From a virus: DNA of 64,000 nt. Under the pieces are notes generated by a model. The model saw only the letters and a list, made by a program, of their open reading frames with translations, was not told where the DNA came from and did no database searches. Below, in pieces: positions 38,863-56,160 of this stretch (its first letter is position 1; each line of letters starts with the position of its first letter). The stretch spans positions 90,193 through 154,192 of the IMG/VR virus record IMGVR_UViG_3300034073_002585; one strand, written 5' to 3'. Position numbers and translations under genes: made by a program.

Positions 38863-41538
38863 CTAAATCATAAATCTTGCAGCTGTACTAAAGTCTACCT
38901 CATTTATTGGGGATACCTCTTGGGGAGCCATAGAGATGCCTTGAATTATTGCTCTATTTCCAACACCTAGAACATCCATTCCCCTGTCGCTCAGCTTTCT
39001 CTGGAATGATATCTGAGTAACTGGCCTTTCACCTCTAGACTCTGACCAGAGTTTGTATCTTCTATAAACATCAGTCATCTTTGTGTGAGCACCCTCAACA
39101 GTGGAGGTTTCCTCATCCAAGAAGGCACCAATTCTGTCTTCGTTCTTCTTGTAAAGGTCGTGAGCTTCTTTAACGACAGAACACATTTCTAGCGGGTTGG
39201 CCTGGCTTGAAGATAAGTACTTAACTGCACCTTCTACAATCCATGCTAGAACTGCAGGAAGAGCCCCGTCTGGGTCGGCAAGATACTTTTTTAGCTCTGG
39301 GTCTGGTTTTGCTGGCTTATTCATTAGTGGTACTGGTAGTAGTCTTCGCCACATAGCTTCATCGGTAATGATTGGCCTGTGGTTAGTTGAAATCCAAAGC
39401 TTTCCAGTGGAGCGAAACTGAATAGGTCGCTCACCAGGTGAACGTCCCTGAATAGTTCCAGAACCAGTCAGCTTCTTAACTTGGTTCTCCTTGATACGCT
39501 CAGACTCTGGCAACTCGTCTACCCAGACCATTCTTCTTCCTCTAAGTTCTGCCATGTGATACTCGTCTGTAGAGCTCATTCTGTCACCTAGGGCTAGAAC
39601 GTTAGAGTCTAGAGCCCAGGCGTGCTGTCCTTTACCTAAGGCTTCGAATATTGTCTCAATAAAAGTGTTTTTACCAGACCCAGGCGGGCCGTAAATCACA
39701 AATACCACGTCTTGGTTGTTTAGACCAGTTGCGGTATATCCAACTGCTCGTTGAACCCACTCCATATACTCTCGGTCGCCCTTGAATGCTTCGTTTAGGA
39801 AGGTTTCCCATTTGGTATTTTTTAACCCTTGAGTGTAGGAGATGTTGGACACTCTCGTTATGTGAGAGTCCATTTGACTTTCAAGTAGAACGCCAGTTCT
39901 AAGGTCAACAACTCCATTTTTAACACCTAGCAAGTAAGGGTCTTTGTCCCAGTCTTCAATATCCATCTGAATTCTAGAATCTGAAACTGCCTGTTCAATC
40001 ATTGAATTGATTCGTGCATTTGATTTAGCTTGATTTGCCCACTTTACTAGTTCAGCAGCCCTGGGGTCATCCCTGTCCTTAAGATATGCAACTTCTCCAG
40101 CAATAACTGGAGAGATGTATTTTGCAATTTCTTTTATCTCATTCATTCGCTGGTCAGGCTTCCAGTAGTGGCCATTCCAAACAAACCAGCCAACATCAGG
40201 GGTGTATCGTATAGTAGAACCAAAGGAGTCGACTAACCGCCTACCGTTACCTACGTCAGTTAGGCTTCGAGCTTCTGGCCTACCGCCAGCTTCTACACTA
40301 AGGGCGTCTACGTCTTTGGGTAAATCTAAGTTTCCGCCCACAGCTATGTCTTTAAGACTTCTACCGCTTGCTGCAAATGCAGCCACTTGGTCGCCAATTA
40401 CACTGGTGTTTGCAGAATCTAAAGAATCGGAGTCCCCTACCTGGGCGGCCTGTCTTTTTTGTATAGAAAAAACACTAGTGTCTACAGCTTTAACAAAATT
40501 TTCAGATACCTTTTTTGCCCACTCCATACCATTTTCTGGTTTGTAGTCTTTGAGACCTTCCCACCACTTATTCCATATAGGGTTTTCAGAGACAAAGTTA
40601 ATAGCATTTCTTGTGTGCATAAGGATGCCATTAGCACCTTCAACATCCATCGGTGGCCTGACCATCTCAGCGTTGAACTTGAGCATCATTGCTTCTACTG
40701 AAGTTCTTCCTGCAATATCTGTACCAAACTTATTTGCCAGAGCACAGGCTAGTGCATATAGACCGACTGCCCTGCTCCCCTCGTCTATTCCTTCTTCTAG
40801 TATTTTGTCTATATCAAGCTTGGCATCTGTAGTGCCAAAATTTAGGTCTCTTAGGAACTCCCAGTCGCTAGTGGCGTAGCTCGAGCCCGACAAACCGCCT
40901 GAAGCTTTTAGGCTTCTAGACCTGATTACGTTCAAAAGCTCTTCAGGTGCTTCTGCAATTTCTCTTTCCCAGGGGGCGTGTCCTGGTTTCCATTCATACC
41001 CTACCCCGCTGAAGTGCCTAGAGGGGGAAATTAAAATATATCCGTTGTGCTTAATGTCAATTCCAGGTAGACCTTCTTTATTGAAGTTTCCCAGAAACTT
41101 TTCATTAGGGTCGCACTTATATAGAAGGTGTCTTCCCCTCTTTACAATACCTTTATCTGACCACTGGCCAGTAATAGCTTCAACTGTGTCGGGAAGCTCA
41201 CCTAGTGCACGTTCTTCCAATTTAAGCAGAGATGCGTCTCCGCCGTTTCGCGGGTCAATATCAACTACAAAAAATCCAGAAGGTTTAGCAAAAACACCAA
41301 TATTGTAGTCAGGATTTTCTTCCCACCAAGCGCTGACTTGATTCAGGTCGTTGGTGGCTCCCGTGTTCCAACTGATTACTGGGTGCTTACCAATGTCCTT
41401 GGAATCCTTGTGTTCCTTATTACAGGTACACTTACCAGCCGAATTTATACCATGTACTGGAAGGATGTGCCAGCCTTTACTTGCATACCAACTAGCGCCA
41501 GGACCTAGTCGTCCATTTGCATTCTCCCATGCGCCCAT
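38863..41538 (-). CDS. bifunctional primase-polymerase / D5-like SF3 helicase
   Basis: Prim-Pol motifs GKHP, NIG...VVDIDPRNGG, G.H; TDVGNGRRL; GPPGSGKNT; STNHRP...DEAMWRRL. Confidence 0.92.
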   Translation of the reverse strand: MGAWENANGRLGPGASWYASKGWHILPVHGINSAGKCTCNKEHKDSKDIGKHPVISWNTGATNDLNQVSAWWEENPDYNIGVFAKPSGFFVVDIDPRNGGDASLLKLEERALGELPDTVEAITGQWSDKGIVKRGRHLLYKCDPNEKFLGNFNKEGLPGIDIKHNGYILISPSRHFSGVGYEWKPGHAPWEREIAEAPEELLNVIRSRSLKASGGLSGSSYATSDWEFLRDLNFGTTDAKLDIDKILEEGIDEGSRAVGLYALACALANKFGTDIAGRTSVEAMMLKFNAEMVRPPMDVEGANGILMHTRNAINFVSENPIWNKWWEGLKDYKPENGMEWAKKVSENFVKAVDTSVFSIQKRQAAQVGDSDSLDSANTSVIGDQVAAFAASGRSLKDIAVGGNLDLPKDVDALSVEAGGRPEARSLTDVGNGRRLVDSFGSTIRYTPDVGWFVWNGHYWKPDQRMNEIKEIAKYISPVIAGEVAYLKDRDDPRAAELVKWANQAKSNARINSMIEQAVSDSRIQMDIEDWDKDPYLLGVKNGVVDLRTGVLLESQMDSHITRVSNISYTQGLKNTKWETFLNEAFKGDREYMEWVQRAVGYTATGLNNQDVVFVIYGPPGSGKNTFIETIFEALGKGQHAWALDSNVLALGDRMSSTDEYHMAELRGRRMVWVDELPESERIKENQVKKLTGSGTIQGRSPGERPIQFRSTGKLWISTNHRPIITDEAMWRRLLPVPLMNKPAKPDPELKKYLADPDGALPAVLAWIVEGAVKYLSSSQANPLEMCSVVKEAHDLYKKNEDRIGAFLDEETSTVEGAHTKMTDVYRRYKLWSESRGERPVTQISFQRKLSDRGMDVLGVGNRAIIQGISMAPQEVSPINEVDFSTAARFMI

Positions 41539-41597
41539 CTACTGATTGTCCTTTGTAGTCTAAAAACTAACACCCTTGCTGAGGTTAAGCTTGAATC

Positions 41598-41625
41598 ATC
41601 CTACACCTTACCGATACGTTTGCAA
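41598..41625 (-). promoter_or_regulatory. sigma70-type promoter for the primase operon
   Basis: Minus strand TTGCAA-16 bp-TAGGAT. Confidence 0.5.
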
Positions 41626-41763
41626 ATCAAAACGTGAAAGATGTTTAAAAATTTAATTCAGTGACCAACTTGATGGCTAGACCAAATCAAAATAAGGAAA
41701 ACCCTATTAGGGTAAAATAGATGGAGCAAACCTAATTGCTCCCTCTCCTAGGAACTAGTATAC

Positions 41764-42147
41764 ATGACTACTCAAGCTTTACTGGCAGTAGCCGCAACAA
41801 TCTCTGCGTTTGGCGTATTGATTGCTGCAGTTATAGCAATCTATAAAATTGCAAAAAGAATTGACGATGCCTTAGGTCTAGACAAAGACGGAAGGACTAT
41901 AGCGGAGCGGTTGGACAGGGTTGAGCATCAACTCTGGGAAAATGGCGGAAGCTCCCTTGCTGACCGCGTAAACAATATTGAAAAACATGTTGTTAAGGTC
42001 TCTACCGAAGTCGAGTTCATCAAAGACCTCACTATGGGACTACACGCAGCTCAGACTGGTCAAATAACCAATGTGTATTTCCCCTCAGAAAACGAGCCTT
42101 TAGTTAAACCTGTAGTTAAACAGGTCCGTAAACGCAAAGCTAGTTAG
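41764..42147 (+). CDS. membrane protein (N-terminal TM + coiled coil; holin-associated type)
   Basis: N-terminal hydrophobic helix; L.ENGGSSLADRV motif common in actinophage membrane proteins. Confidence 0.65.
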   Translation: MTTQALLAVAATISAFGVLIAAVIAIYKIAKRIDDALGLDKDGRTIAERLDRVEHQLWENGGSSLADRVNNIEKHVVKVSTEVEFIKDLTMGLHAAQTGQITNVYFPSENEPLVKPVVKQVRKRKAS

Positions 42148-43977
42148 TAAAACTAGCTCCCCAGCCGCCTACGCTTTTTACGTTTACTGTACCCTCTACC
42201 CACGTTCCAGCTTGTCTAACATACGCAGTCCCATTGGCCCATGCCGAACCATTCCACACTTTAACGTATCCACCAGCTGACTCTACCGTGATAGTTAGCG
42301 TGCTTGTATCTAAGGTTTCGTCAGAAGCATTGGTTGCTCTAATTTTAAAATTATATGTGTCTGGGACTGTAGGGGTTCCAGTTAGCTCTCCTGTAGAGGT
42401 ATTTAGTGTTATCCCTGGAGGCAGTGAGCCTTCAATAATGGAATATGTAACAGTAGGGCCCTCTACAACACTTACCCCATCAGAATATGAAGTGTCCTGA
42501 GTTGCCACACTGCTGGCTAACACTGCACTAGACCACACAAGGCTGGCGTCTAATACCTCAATCTCGAACGAGACGCCTCCTGGTGTTTCACTGTCTGCAT
42601 TGTATGGAGTAACGGTAAAGGACGCTGTTCCGTATGCGGTAGGTGTTCCAGACACGGTAGCTTGCGCAAATCCTGAAGTACTAGTAGCACCCGAAAAAGA
42701 GAGGCCAGCTATCGGTAGGTCTCCGTCATTCCATGAGGCAACGTACTGCGCTGATATAGTGTCGCTATAGTAACTACCTTTTCTTGCAGTATTTGTTAGC
42801 GAAGAGTCCAACCAAACTGGAATTCTAGGAGCAACATAAAATGATATGGTCTTAGAGTCGCCCTCTTCGCCCTCAGAATTGACTGGTGTAGCTGTAATAC
42901 TAACTACCCCGCTTGCGGTGGGGGTGCCGTACATCGCTAAAGCATTTTGATTAAAGTCAGGTATTGTCATCCAAGATGGTTGACCACTCACTAGCCAAAC
43001 ATTTACGTTATTAGCACTTATGCCATCACTCCAATAGACGCCAATTCTCCCGCTTGGTAGGGTTTCGTCTGTCCAAGTAGGTAAAGCTTGTTTAAATTCG
43101 AAGGTATCAGTACTGTCTGTACTGCCTCCATCGCCAGTTGCCCTTACGGTTATAGTTTTAGTTCCGCTAGTACCTGCGCTAAATGTTCCTGTTAAAGTTG
43201 CATAGCTTCCGTAGTCGTTTAGGGATATGCCGCTAGGTGCCGTTACTAGAGAATATGAAGTAGTATCTGATGCTTGTATGTAGTCATAGAAACTGTCTCC
43301 AACCCTGTGGATAGTGTAGTCATCCACACCGTTCGAAAAAACTGGAGCTGGGACATTGGCAGTCCAGCTTGCAGTTAGGGTTACGGTTGAGTCTGTTGTA
43401 TATGAAGCACCAGCGCCACCGACATTTGTAGCCCCGTTGAGCCACCCGTTGAACGTATATCCGCTCCTGCTTGGGGTTGGTAGAGTGATGCTGTCCCCGT
43501 GAGCTGATTTAGTCGAAGCTGTACCTACAGTTCCGCCGTTTGCATCAAACGTGATGGTGTAGATGTTTGGGAAGTTAATTCGAGTGTACCCAGAAACAGG
43601 GGCCCTAGTGTTGTTTGGTACGTAGGATGCATCAGTAACGGCGTCTACTATTCCAAATGTATCAAAATACTTTGTACCATCAGCATTGTGACTAGTCACT
43701 CTGTCAGTGACCCTACATATCTCTATCTGGCTATTTTTTGCCAAAGTAAATTGCTGATTTGCACTAGCAACGGATACATCAGAACCACCGCTATTTACAG
43801 TTATGTCACCAGTTAATGTCCAGGATGAGAAGTTATTATTAGTGGAAAAAAGAACAAGCCACATAGTAATGTAAGACCTGTTATTGGCAGCATCGGTATA
43901 CCCGCTATATCCAACGGAAACGCTAAAGCCCCTAGAGTCGTAACTACCTCTAGCTATGCTGCCACTAAAATTTGCCA

Positions 43978-43978
<1 letters not shown>
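42140..43978 (-). CDS. Ig-repeat virion adhesin (InlB B-repeat + putative Ig domains)
   Basis: YTITFDANGG...LPTPSRSGYTFNGW; multiple GTPT/LPPGITL Ig repeats; C-terminal VKVWNGSAW repeats. Confidence 0.75.
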
Positions 43979-45726
<1,748 letters not shown>

Positions 45727-45782
45727 GTTAGAGAATTTCCTGTTAAGGGGTACTACCCTATTTTACCTTAATTTTTAATTTG

Positions 45783-46616
45783 TTACGTGCTTCTATCCCA
45801 TGAGTTAGAGCCAGAGTTGTATATGTGAGCAAACGACCTCACCCACTCGCTTCCGTTATACACATAGACAGGTGATTTTTCCCAGGTTCCTGTGGATGAG
45901 TTGTAGATACTAATATCTCCTCCATCATCCTCTACTGTCATTGTAAGAGTTCCAGTGGTAATAGTGCCGCCATCACCATTTGCACTTACTACAAAGTTGT
46001 AGGTATTTGCGGAGCCTTGAACTGGTGTACCAGAAAGCAGCCCACTCGAACTTAAAGTTACCCCCACAGGGAGAGTTCCAGAGTACAGAGCATATGTAGA
46101 AGCGTTTACAGCCGAGAAGGTAGTCTCGGTTATGGGGCTACCCTCTGTTTCTGTGCTACTACTTAATATGTCTCCACCAGAAGCCCAGTAGGGAGCGGCA
46201 GGAAACCTGGGCGGGAAGAATGGTGGAAAATATGGAGGAAAATACGGCGGGAAGAATGGTGGAAAATATGGAGGAAAATACGGCGGGAAGAATGGTGGAA
46301 AATATGGAGGAAAATACGGTGGGAAGAATGGTGGTGGGCAAGCATCTGTGTATGAACCGCTTGTTTGGCTCTCGTATAAGGTTCCGCTAGTTGCACCAGA
46401 CAGTGTTGCAGAGAAAAAATATAGGGTACCGCATGACAGCGAGCTGGCAGTACCAGAAAACGAGTAGGATTCTCCTGTTGCTACCTGCTGAGACGCCACT
46501 TCAGTCGTTGGCCCGTACAGCCTAACAATTACTGGACCTGCTTGGGTATTTGTGCCAGATACGGTAGCAGTTAGGGAAGTAGTACTGCTGCCAGTAAAAC
46601 TTATGTTTATAGACAT
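45783..46616 (-). CDS. Ig-domain virion protein with a central (PP[YF]F)n-PPRFP repeat
   Basis: CPPPFFPPYFPPYFPPFF...PPRFP between beta-sandwich domains; C-terminal YNSSTGTW/YNGSEW repeats. Confidence 0.8.
   Translation of the reverse strand: MSINISFTGSSTTSLTATVSGTNTQAGPVIVRLYGPTTEVASQQVATGESYSFSGTASSLSCGTLYFFSATLSGATSGTLYESQTSGSYTDACPPPFFPPYFPPYFPPFFPPYFPPYFPPFFPPYFPPYFPPFFPPRFPAAPYWASGGDILSSSTETEGSPITETTFSAVNASTYALYSGTLPVGVTLSSSGLLSGTPVQGSANTYNFVVSANGDGGTITTGTLTMTVEDDGGDISIYNSSTGTWEKSPVYVYNGSEWVRSFAHIYNSGSNSWDRST
46200..46337 (-). repeat. 36-bp tandem repeats encoding PPFF/PPYF
   Basis: Plus-strand unit ggcgggaagaatggtggaaaatatggaggaaaatac x3 plus flanks. Confidence 0.9.
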
Positions 46617-46626
46617 TATCTAAACC

Positions 46627-47721
<1,095 letters not shown>

Positions 47722-47732
47722 AATTTATCCTT

Positions 47733-51585
<3,853 letters not shown>

Positions 51586-51586
<1 letters not shown>

Positions 51587-51960
51587 TATCTGGTTACCTC
51601 AGCTCTCACAATAAACTTCCCTTGAACAATACGAGTAGTTTCGCCTCTAGAAGACTCTACTTCTACGTCATATACGTAAGTTCCTGGCTCGTATGCAGCC
51701 ATATCTGCAGGCGGAATTAGTAGAGTGACTGTCCCTGTAGAGCCGCCAACTGCTAAATACCCATTTTCTGTAGTATATTCAGCAACAACTACAGTGTTGG
51801 GGTCTCTAGTTACCCCGTTAAATGTTCTTACCTGCATACGAGCCACAAAACCTGCAAGGCTAATAGGCGTGCGAGCGGAGTTTTTGACTGTAAAGACCGT
51901 ATTTACAGTCGCGCCTTGGTCCACAACCATATCGTGAACGTTTCCGCGGAGATTTGCCAT
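51586..51960 (-). CDS. fibre anchor/collar-like beta-sandwich protein
   Basis: DQGAT...L.G..ARMQVR...YVYDVEV...TRIVQG.F.V..EVTR; TAATG-coupled to the largest collagen gene. Confidence 0.65.
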
Positions 51961-52063
51961 ACAGGGCGTCCTTACAGGGGGTAGACTAGTCCTTATAATT
52001 TTACCGCAATTTATGCGGATTTATTATTTTAGATAGTAACGGTAGTAGTGTATGATTACATCT

Positions 52064-52633
52064 ATGTCCTATAAACCTTATGGAAATGATGTAGAAATCT
52101 ACATATACGAAGATTTCTTGACTAATTATGAACTAGATTACCTATCTCAGTACATAAAAAACAAATCTGAAGAAGAAGAAGAAAGCTGGCAGGGAGAGCT
52201 CTCTAGCACCAAAGACACTAAGACCTGGGATAGCAGAAATCTTTTTATGGAGAGAAACGAAATATATGACTCCATCTACTCTAGATTTAAAGAGTTCTAT
52301 TCAAAAAATATTTTTCCTATTCCACTGGACTCGGAAGTTTTCAGCGGACTGGGCCCTATAGCTAGAACCCAGGTTGGCCAAGGATTGGCTTTACATGACG
52401 ATATGGGGCCACCAGAGTTACAAATAGACAACCTACATGGCGGCATAATCTACTTAAATGAAGATTTTGAAGGCGGGGAACTGTACTATAAAAATTTTGA
52501 TTATGTTATAAAACCAAAAACTGGAATGTTGGTGGTCCACTCGGCAAAGAGCGAATACACACATGGCGTTAAAGAGGTCTCTTCTGGCACCAGGTATGCA
52601 ATAACTCTTTTTATAAAAAATCCGTCTTCTTAG
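52064..52633 (+). CDS. 2OG-Fe(II) oxygenase (prolyl 4-hydroxylase-like)
   Basis: HDD...IIYLNEDFEGGEL...HGV..V..G.RY. Likely leaderless start at 52064 (ORF track gives 52052). Confidence 0.9.
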   Translation: MSYKPYGNDVEIYIYEDFLTNYELDYLSQYIKNKSEEEEESWQGELSSTKDTKTWDSRNLFMERNEIYDSIYSRFKEFYSKNIFPIPLDSEVFSGLGPIARTQVGQGLALHDDMGPPELQIDNLHGGIIYLNEDFEGGELYYKNFDYVIKPKTGMLVVHSAKSEYTHGVKEVSSGTRYAITLFIKNPSS

Positions 52634-52635
52634 TG

Positions 52636-53235
52636 TTAAAGATTTTTAATCCAAAAAACTGGTGACATATATTTATTTCCTTGAGTAACCTCTAGGGATT
52701 GGTGGTAAAACGGCTTCACTGATGGAAAAATAACAATGCTCCCAGCAAGTGGTTTTATTCTAATTCCCTGTTGTGGAAAATCTAGCTCCCCGCCGACACA
52801 GTCGTCATTGAGGTACATAACCCCAGACATAATAGGTTCTTTTGGTTGATTAGGGTACTCATCAACGTGAGCCCCCATAGAACCACCAACTATGTATTTG
52901 GAAATGCTCAGTGGTGACGGGTCAAAATATGGAAGGTCAAGCTCGCTACAATAGTGTCGTCCAGCAGACTCTAAAGCTCCTCGTAATGTGGTGTATATTT
53001 CCCTAACTTTATCCGAGCTTGTCTGTAATTTACGAGCATCCGTCTGTTTTTGGTATCCGAAGACATAATTTTCGTCATCAGAGGCTGTCCACTTTTTCCA
53101 CTTAAATATTGCGTCATTTTCAGTCAGTAGAGGCTCTAATGACTCTATGTCCTCTACTATTTTTTGCGGGTCGCTAAGAATATTTTTGTAGTAGAAAATT
53201 TGTTCGTGTAGCTTTTCTGGTTGCAAATCACTCAT
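52636..53235 (-). CDS. 2OG-Fe(II) oxygenase (P4H-like)
   Basis: HVD...YLNDDCVGGEL...FPSVKPFYHQS..V..G.KY. Confidence 0.9.
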   Translation of the reverse strand: MSDLQPEKLHEQIFYYKNILSDPQKIVEDIESLEPLLTENDAIFKWKKWTASDDENYVFGYQKQTDARKLQTSSDKVREIYTTLRGALESAGRHYCSELDLPYFDPSPLSISKYIVGGSMGAHVDEYPNQPKEPIMSGVMYLNDDCVGGELDFPQQGIRIKPLAGSIVIFPSVKPFYHQSLEVTQGNKYMSPVFWIKNL

Positions 53236-53244
53236 ATAAATATA

Positions 53245-53889
53245 CTAGTACAGATTTGCTTTCCATGCTGTGCCGATGTGGTACTTTACTCCGCTGGTTA
53301 TTTTAGTTGACTGATGGTAGAAAGGTTTTACGCATGGAAAAATTACTAAGGTTCCAGCATCAGATTTGACTAACACGTCTTGCTCTTTAAAATATAAGTC
53401 GCCACCCTCTTTGTCGCTATTGAGATAGAGGAGGCCCGTTGCGATTGGGGCTAGCTCTGGCTCTCCATCATAGTCAACGTGAGGTCCCATCTCTTGACCG
53501 TTGTCATATTGAAACGTTGCAAAGTCTGTCCAGTTCCTACCATCTTCATAGTCAATCCCTAAGCTTGAGTGGTAGAATTCTCCAACTGCATAAAAAAGGT
53601 CTTTTACCCAGCTATAGTAGTCTTTTACTTCTTGGCTGTTGGTTTTTTCTAAGCTGCCGTTATAGTTTTCAGCTTCCCTCTTTGTTCCGTACACATGTGG
53701 CATATCTATAGAAGATGTCTGCCAAGGGACCAATTTTCTAATTACAGCATCATTTGTTTCTGGCAAGTATTCATCTAAGTTGTGGTGTTTTTCTATCACC
53801 CAGGTACACTCTTCTTCAGAGAGAACTTCACGCATTACCATAATTTTGTCAGCATAAAACTCTGCTTGCTCGAAATTTAAATTAGGCAT
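53245..53889 (-). CDS. 2OG-Fe(II) oxygenase (P4H-like)
   Basis: HVD...YLNSDKEGGDL...FPCVKPFYHQS..I..G.KY. Confidence 0.9.
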   Translation of the reverse strand: MPNLNFEQAEFYADKIMVMREVLSEEECTWVIEKHHNLDEYLPETNDAVIRKLVPWQTSSIDMPHVYGTKREAENYNGSLEKTNSQEVKDYYSWVKDLFYAVGEFYHSSLGIDYEDGRNWTDFATFQYDNGQEMGPHVDYDGEPELAPIATGLLYLNSDKEGGDLYFKEQDVLVKSDAGTLVIFPCVKPFYHQSTKITSGVKYHIGTAWKANLY

Positions 53890-54586
53890 CAGTGTAGCCT
53901 AAGGACCATAAGGCTTTTTGCTCTGTCTGAAGTATGCGTTCAAATGCAATCTGAGCGTTTCTATTTCTTAAATCTTCTTCAGAATACTCTGAATCTGCGT
54001 AATCCCAGAAACCGACTATTGTTATTCTTTCACCAGTTTTAATTTCTTCTACCCTGTGAATGTTTTCTATGCCACCAGGAAAAGTTATTAAACTTCCTTT
54101 AGTTAATTTTATTTGCAAATCATAGTCTCTAAAAATTAATTCGCCGCCCTCGTAATCGTCGTTTAGATACAAAATGCTAGCAAACTTATTATTACCCCAG
54201 GCTGACGGTGTGCCGTCTAAATCGGAATTGTCTGAGTGCCATCTAGCAAAAGAACCAGTTGGCCAAAGCTGAGCATGAGTAGAGTTAGTAACAACTTCCC
54301 TATTAAATGCTGACTCTATTGCAGATTTTATTTCTAACCTAAGCCACTCAAAATAATTTTCGTGTCTTTGCTCTAAACCTGACTTCTCTAAAGCTTCTTG
54401 ACTAATAACTAGTGCCATTCCCCTAGAGCCATAAAAACATGTCTGCATCCAGTTACCATGATTTACCCCCTGGTCTTCGAAAAAATCAATAATCTGATTG
54501 CACTGCTCTTCGTCTAAAAATCCAGGAAATGTTGCTACATCATCCTTAAGCCAAACTGGTTCTTTTATAGTAGTTGTTGTCAGCAT
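53882..54586 (-). CDS. 2OG-Fe(II) oxygenase (P4H-like, HSDN subfamily)
   Basis: HSDNSD...YLNDDYEGGEL...HRV..I..GER. Confidence 0.9.
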   Translation of the reverse strand: MLTTTTIKEPVWLKDDVATFPGFLDEEQCNQIIDFFEDQGVNHGNWMQTCFYGSRGMALVISQEALEKSGLEQRHENYFEWLRLEIKSAIESAFNREVVTNSTHAQLWPTGSFARWHSDNSDLDGTPSAWGNNKFASILYLNDDYEGGELIFRDYDLQIKLTKGSLITFPGGIENIHRVEEIKTGERITIVGFWDYADSEYSEEDLRNRNAQIAFERILQTEQKALWSLGYTDA

Positions 54587-54616
54587 TGTGCTCCTATTGG
54601 TTACTACTATTATAAA

Positions 54617-55405
54617 TTATCTAACTGTTTGGTGAGAACGACGCCACTCTTCTTCTCTTACTTTCTCGAGCTCTGCCCAGGCCTCTTCTCCGTGTTCAGC
54701 TTCACCAGCTAACCATTCTGGGGTGCCTGGGAAAAACTCTAACCAAAAGTTTCTAATAAAGTATCTATCACCTTTTCTTAGTCTCTTTACTCCATGGTAG
54801 AAAGGCTCTACTGAGGGAAAAATTAGAATATCTCCAGCAGTAGGCTTATAGTCAAACTTTATGTCATTCGAGTCATCTTCTCTATTGTCTCTGAGAAGAA
54901 ACGCTAACTCTCCGCCCTCATAGTCATCATTTAAATACATTGTGCATGTTATTTTGAACTTATAGCCCCTAGCCTCTGCTCTTTCTGGGACCCAGTCGGT
55001 GTGGTAGTGCATAGACATTTCATCAGTTACCCCACCCTCTTCCCTATATACACAAACCGAAGGGTTTTGGTGCATCCAGGTATCTTGCTCTATGCCCAAC
55101 TCCTCGACATACATTTTTGTCGCTGCATAGAAATATTCTTCAATCTCTCTAGAAATGTCTGGAAATCGGGTTCTTTGAGATACCTCGTCAGATAGAAATG
55201 TTTCCCATTCCTTGTCGTCAGGAAACTTATTCCAAACTTTATCTACGCCACCTAGAGCGTCTGTAATGTGGCCAAATACCCACCACTTATTCCAGTCTGG
55301 TAGGGCCTTTAATTTTTCTAGCAACACTTCTGGATTTAGTATTCCACCTCTAAACACCCATACTTGAGGGTGAAGCTTTTCTAGGGTTCCTTTTAAGTGG
55401 TCCAT
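54617..55405 (-). CDS. 2OG-Fe(II) oxygenase (P4H-like)
   Basis: HTD...YLNDDYEGGEL...FPSVEPFYHGV...GDRY. Confidence 0.9.
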   Translation of the reverse strand: MDHLKGTLEKLHPQVWVFRGGILNPEVLLEKLKALPDWNKWWVFGHITDALGGVDKVWNKFPDDKEWETFLSDEVSQRTRFPDISREIEEYFYAATKMYVEELGIEQDTWMHQNPSVCVYREEGGVTDEMSMHYHTDWVPERAEARGYKFKITCTMYLNDDYEGGELAFLLRDNREDDSNDIKFDYKPTAGDILIFPSVEPFYHGVKRLRKGDRYFIRNFWLEFFPGTPEWLAGEAEHGEEAWAELEKVREEEWRRSHQTVR

Positions 55406-56160
55406 TACGTGTCCTTATTTCCGCTTGCCCAGCGTTCCCGCTGCTCTGCCTGCTCTTGTTCAACTCGAAGTTTCTCTTGAGCCCATTCTTCTTTTCTCTC
55501 ATCTGAATACTCGGCGTCTGCAAAGTCCCAAAACGAGACCATAGTGTACCTTTCTCCTCTGGTAACTTCACTTACTCCATGAATATTTTCGTGACCACCT
55601 GGGAAAACGTATAGTGACAAGTAGTTAGGCCTAAAGTCTATCTCATGTTCTGGAAAATATAGATGACCGCCATCATAGTCATCGCTCAAATATAAGATAC
55701 CTACATATTTGTTAATTTCGAATGATGATGGGTTCCCATCCATGTCGGAGTTATCTGAGTGGGGCATGGCAAAGGCTCCAGTTGGCCATTTTTGCCCGTG
55801 AGATGTGTTGGGTCTAACTTCACGACCAAACACTAGCTCCACTGCTTTTTTAAAAGATTCCCTTAAATCGCTAAATACCCCTAAATAAAGGCCAACTTCT
55901 TCTAGATTTTTATCGTCGTCTGGGAGCCTAAGACCTTTAGAGCTATAAAATGCAGAATAACCCCATACATCCTCAGGGGTAATTTCAAAGTACTTAACAA
56001 TACTTTTTGCAGTAGAGTCATCAATAAAGTTTGGTATTTCTACAATTTTATTTTCTAAAACGCCTAGTTTGCTGCCTTCTAGTGGCTCATCTTTGTAGTA
56101 AAAATAGGTGGAATCGTCGTAGTTCCCGAAGGCTAGGCCCACTTGTTTCCCCTCTCCCAC
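55405..56160 (-). CDS. 2OG-Fe(II) oxygenase (P4H-like, HSDN subfamily)
   Basis: HSDNSD...YLSDDYDGGHL...HGV..V..GERY. Confidence 0.9.
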   Translation of the reverse strand: MGEGKQVGLAFGNYDDSTYFYYKDEPLEGSKLGVLENKIVEIPNFIDDSTAKSIVKYFEITPEDVWGYSAFYSSKGLRLPDDDKNLEEVGLYLGVFSDLRESFKKAVELVFGREVRPNTSHGQKWPTGAFAMPHSDNSDMDGNPSSFEINKYVGILYLSDDYDGGHLYFPEHEIDFRPNYLSLYVFPGGHENIHGVSEVTRGERYTMVSFWDFADAEYSDERKEEWAQEKLRVEQEQAEQRERWASGNKDT

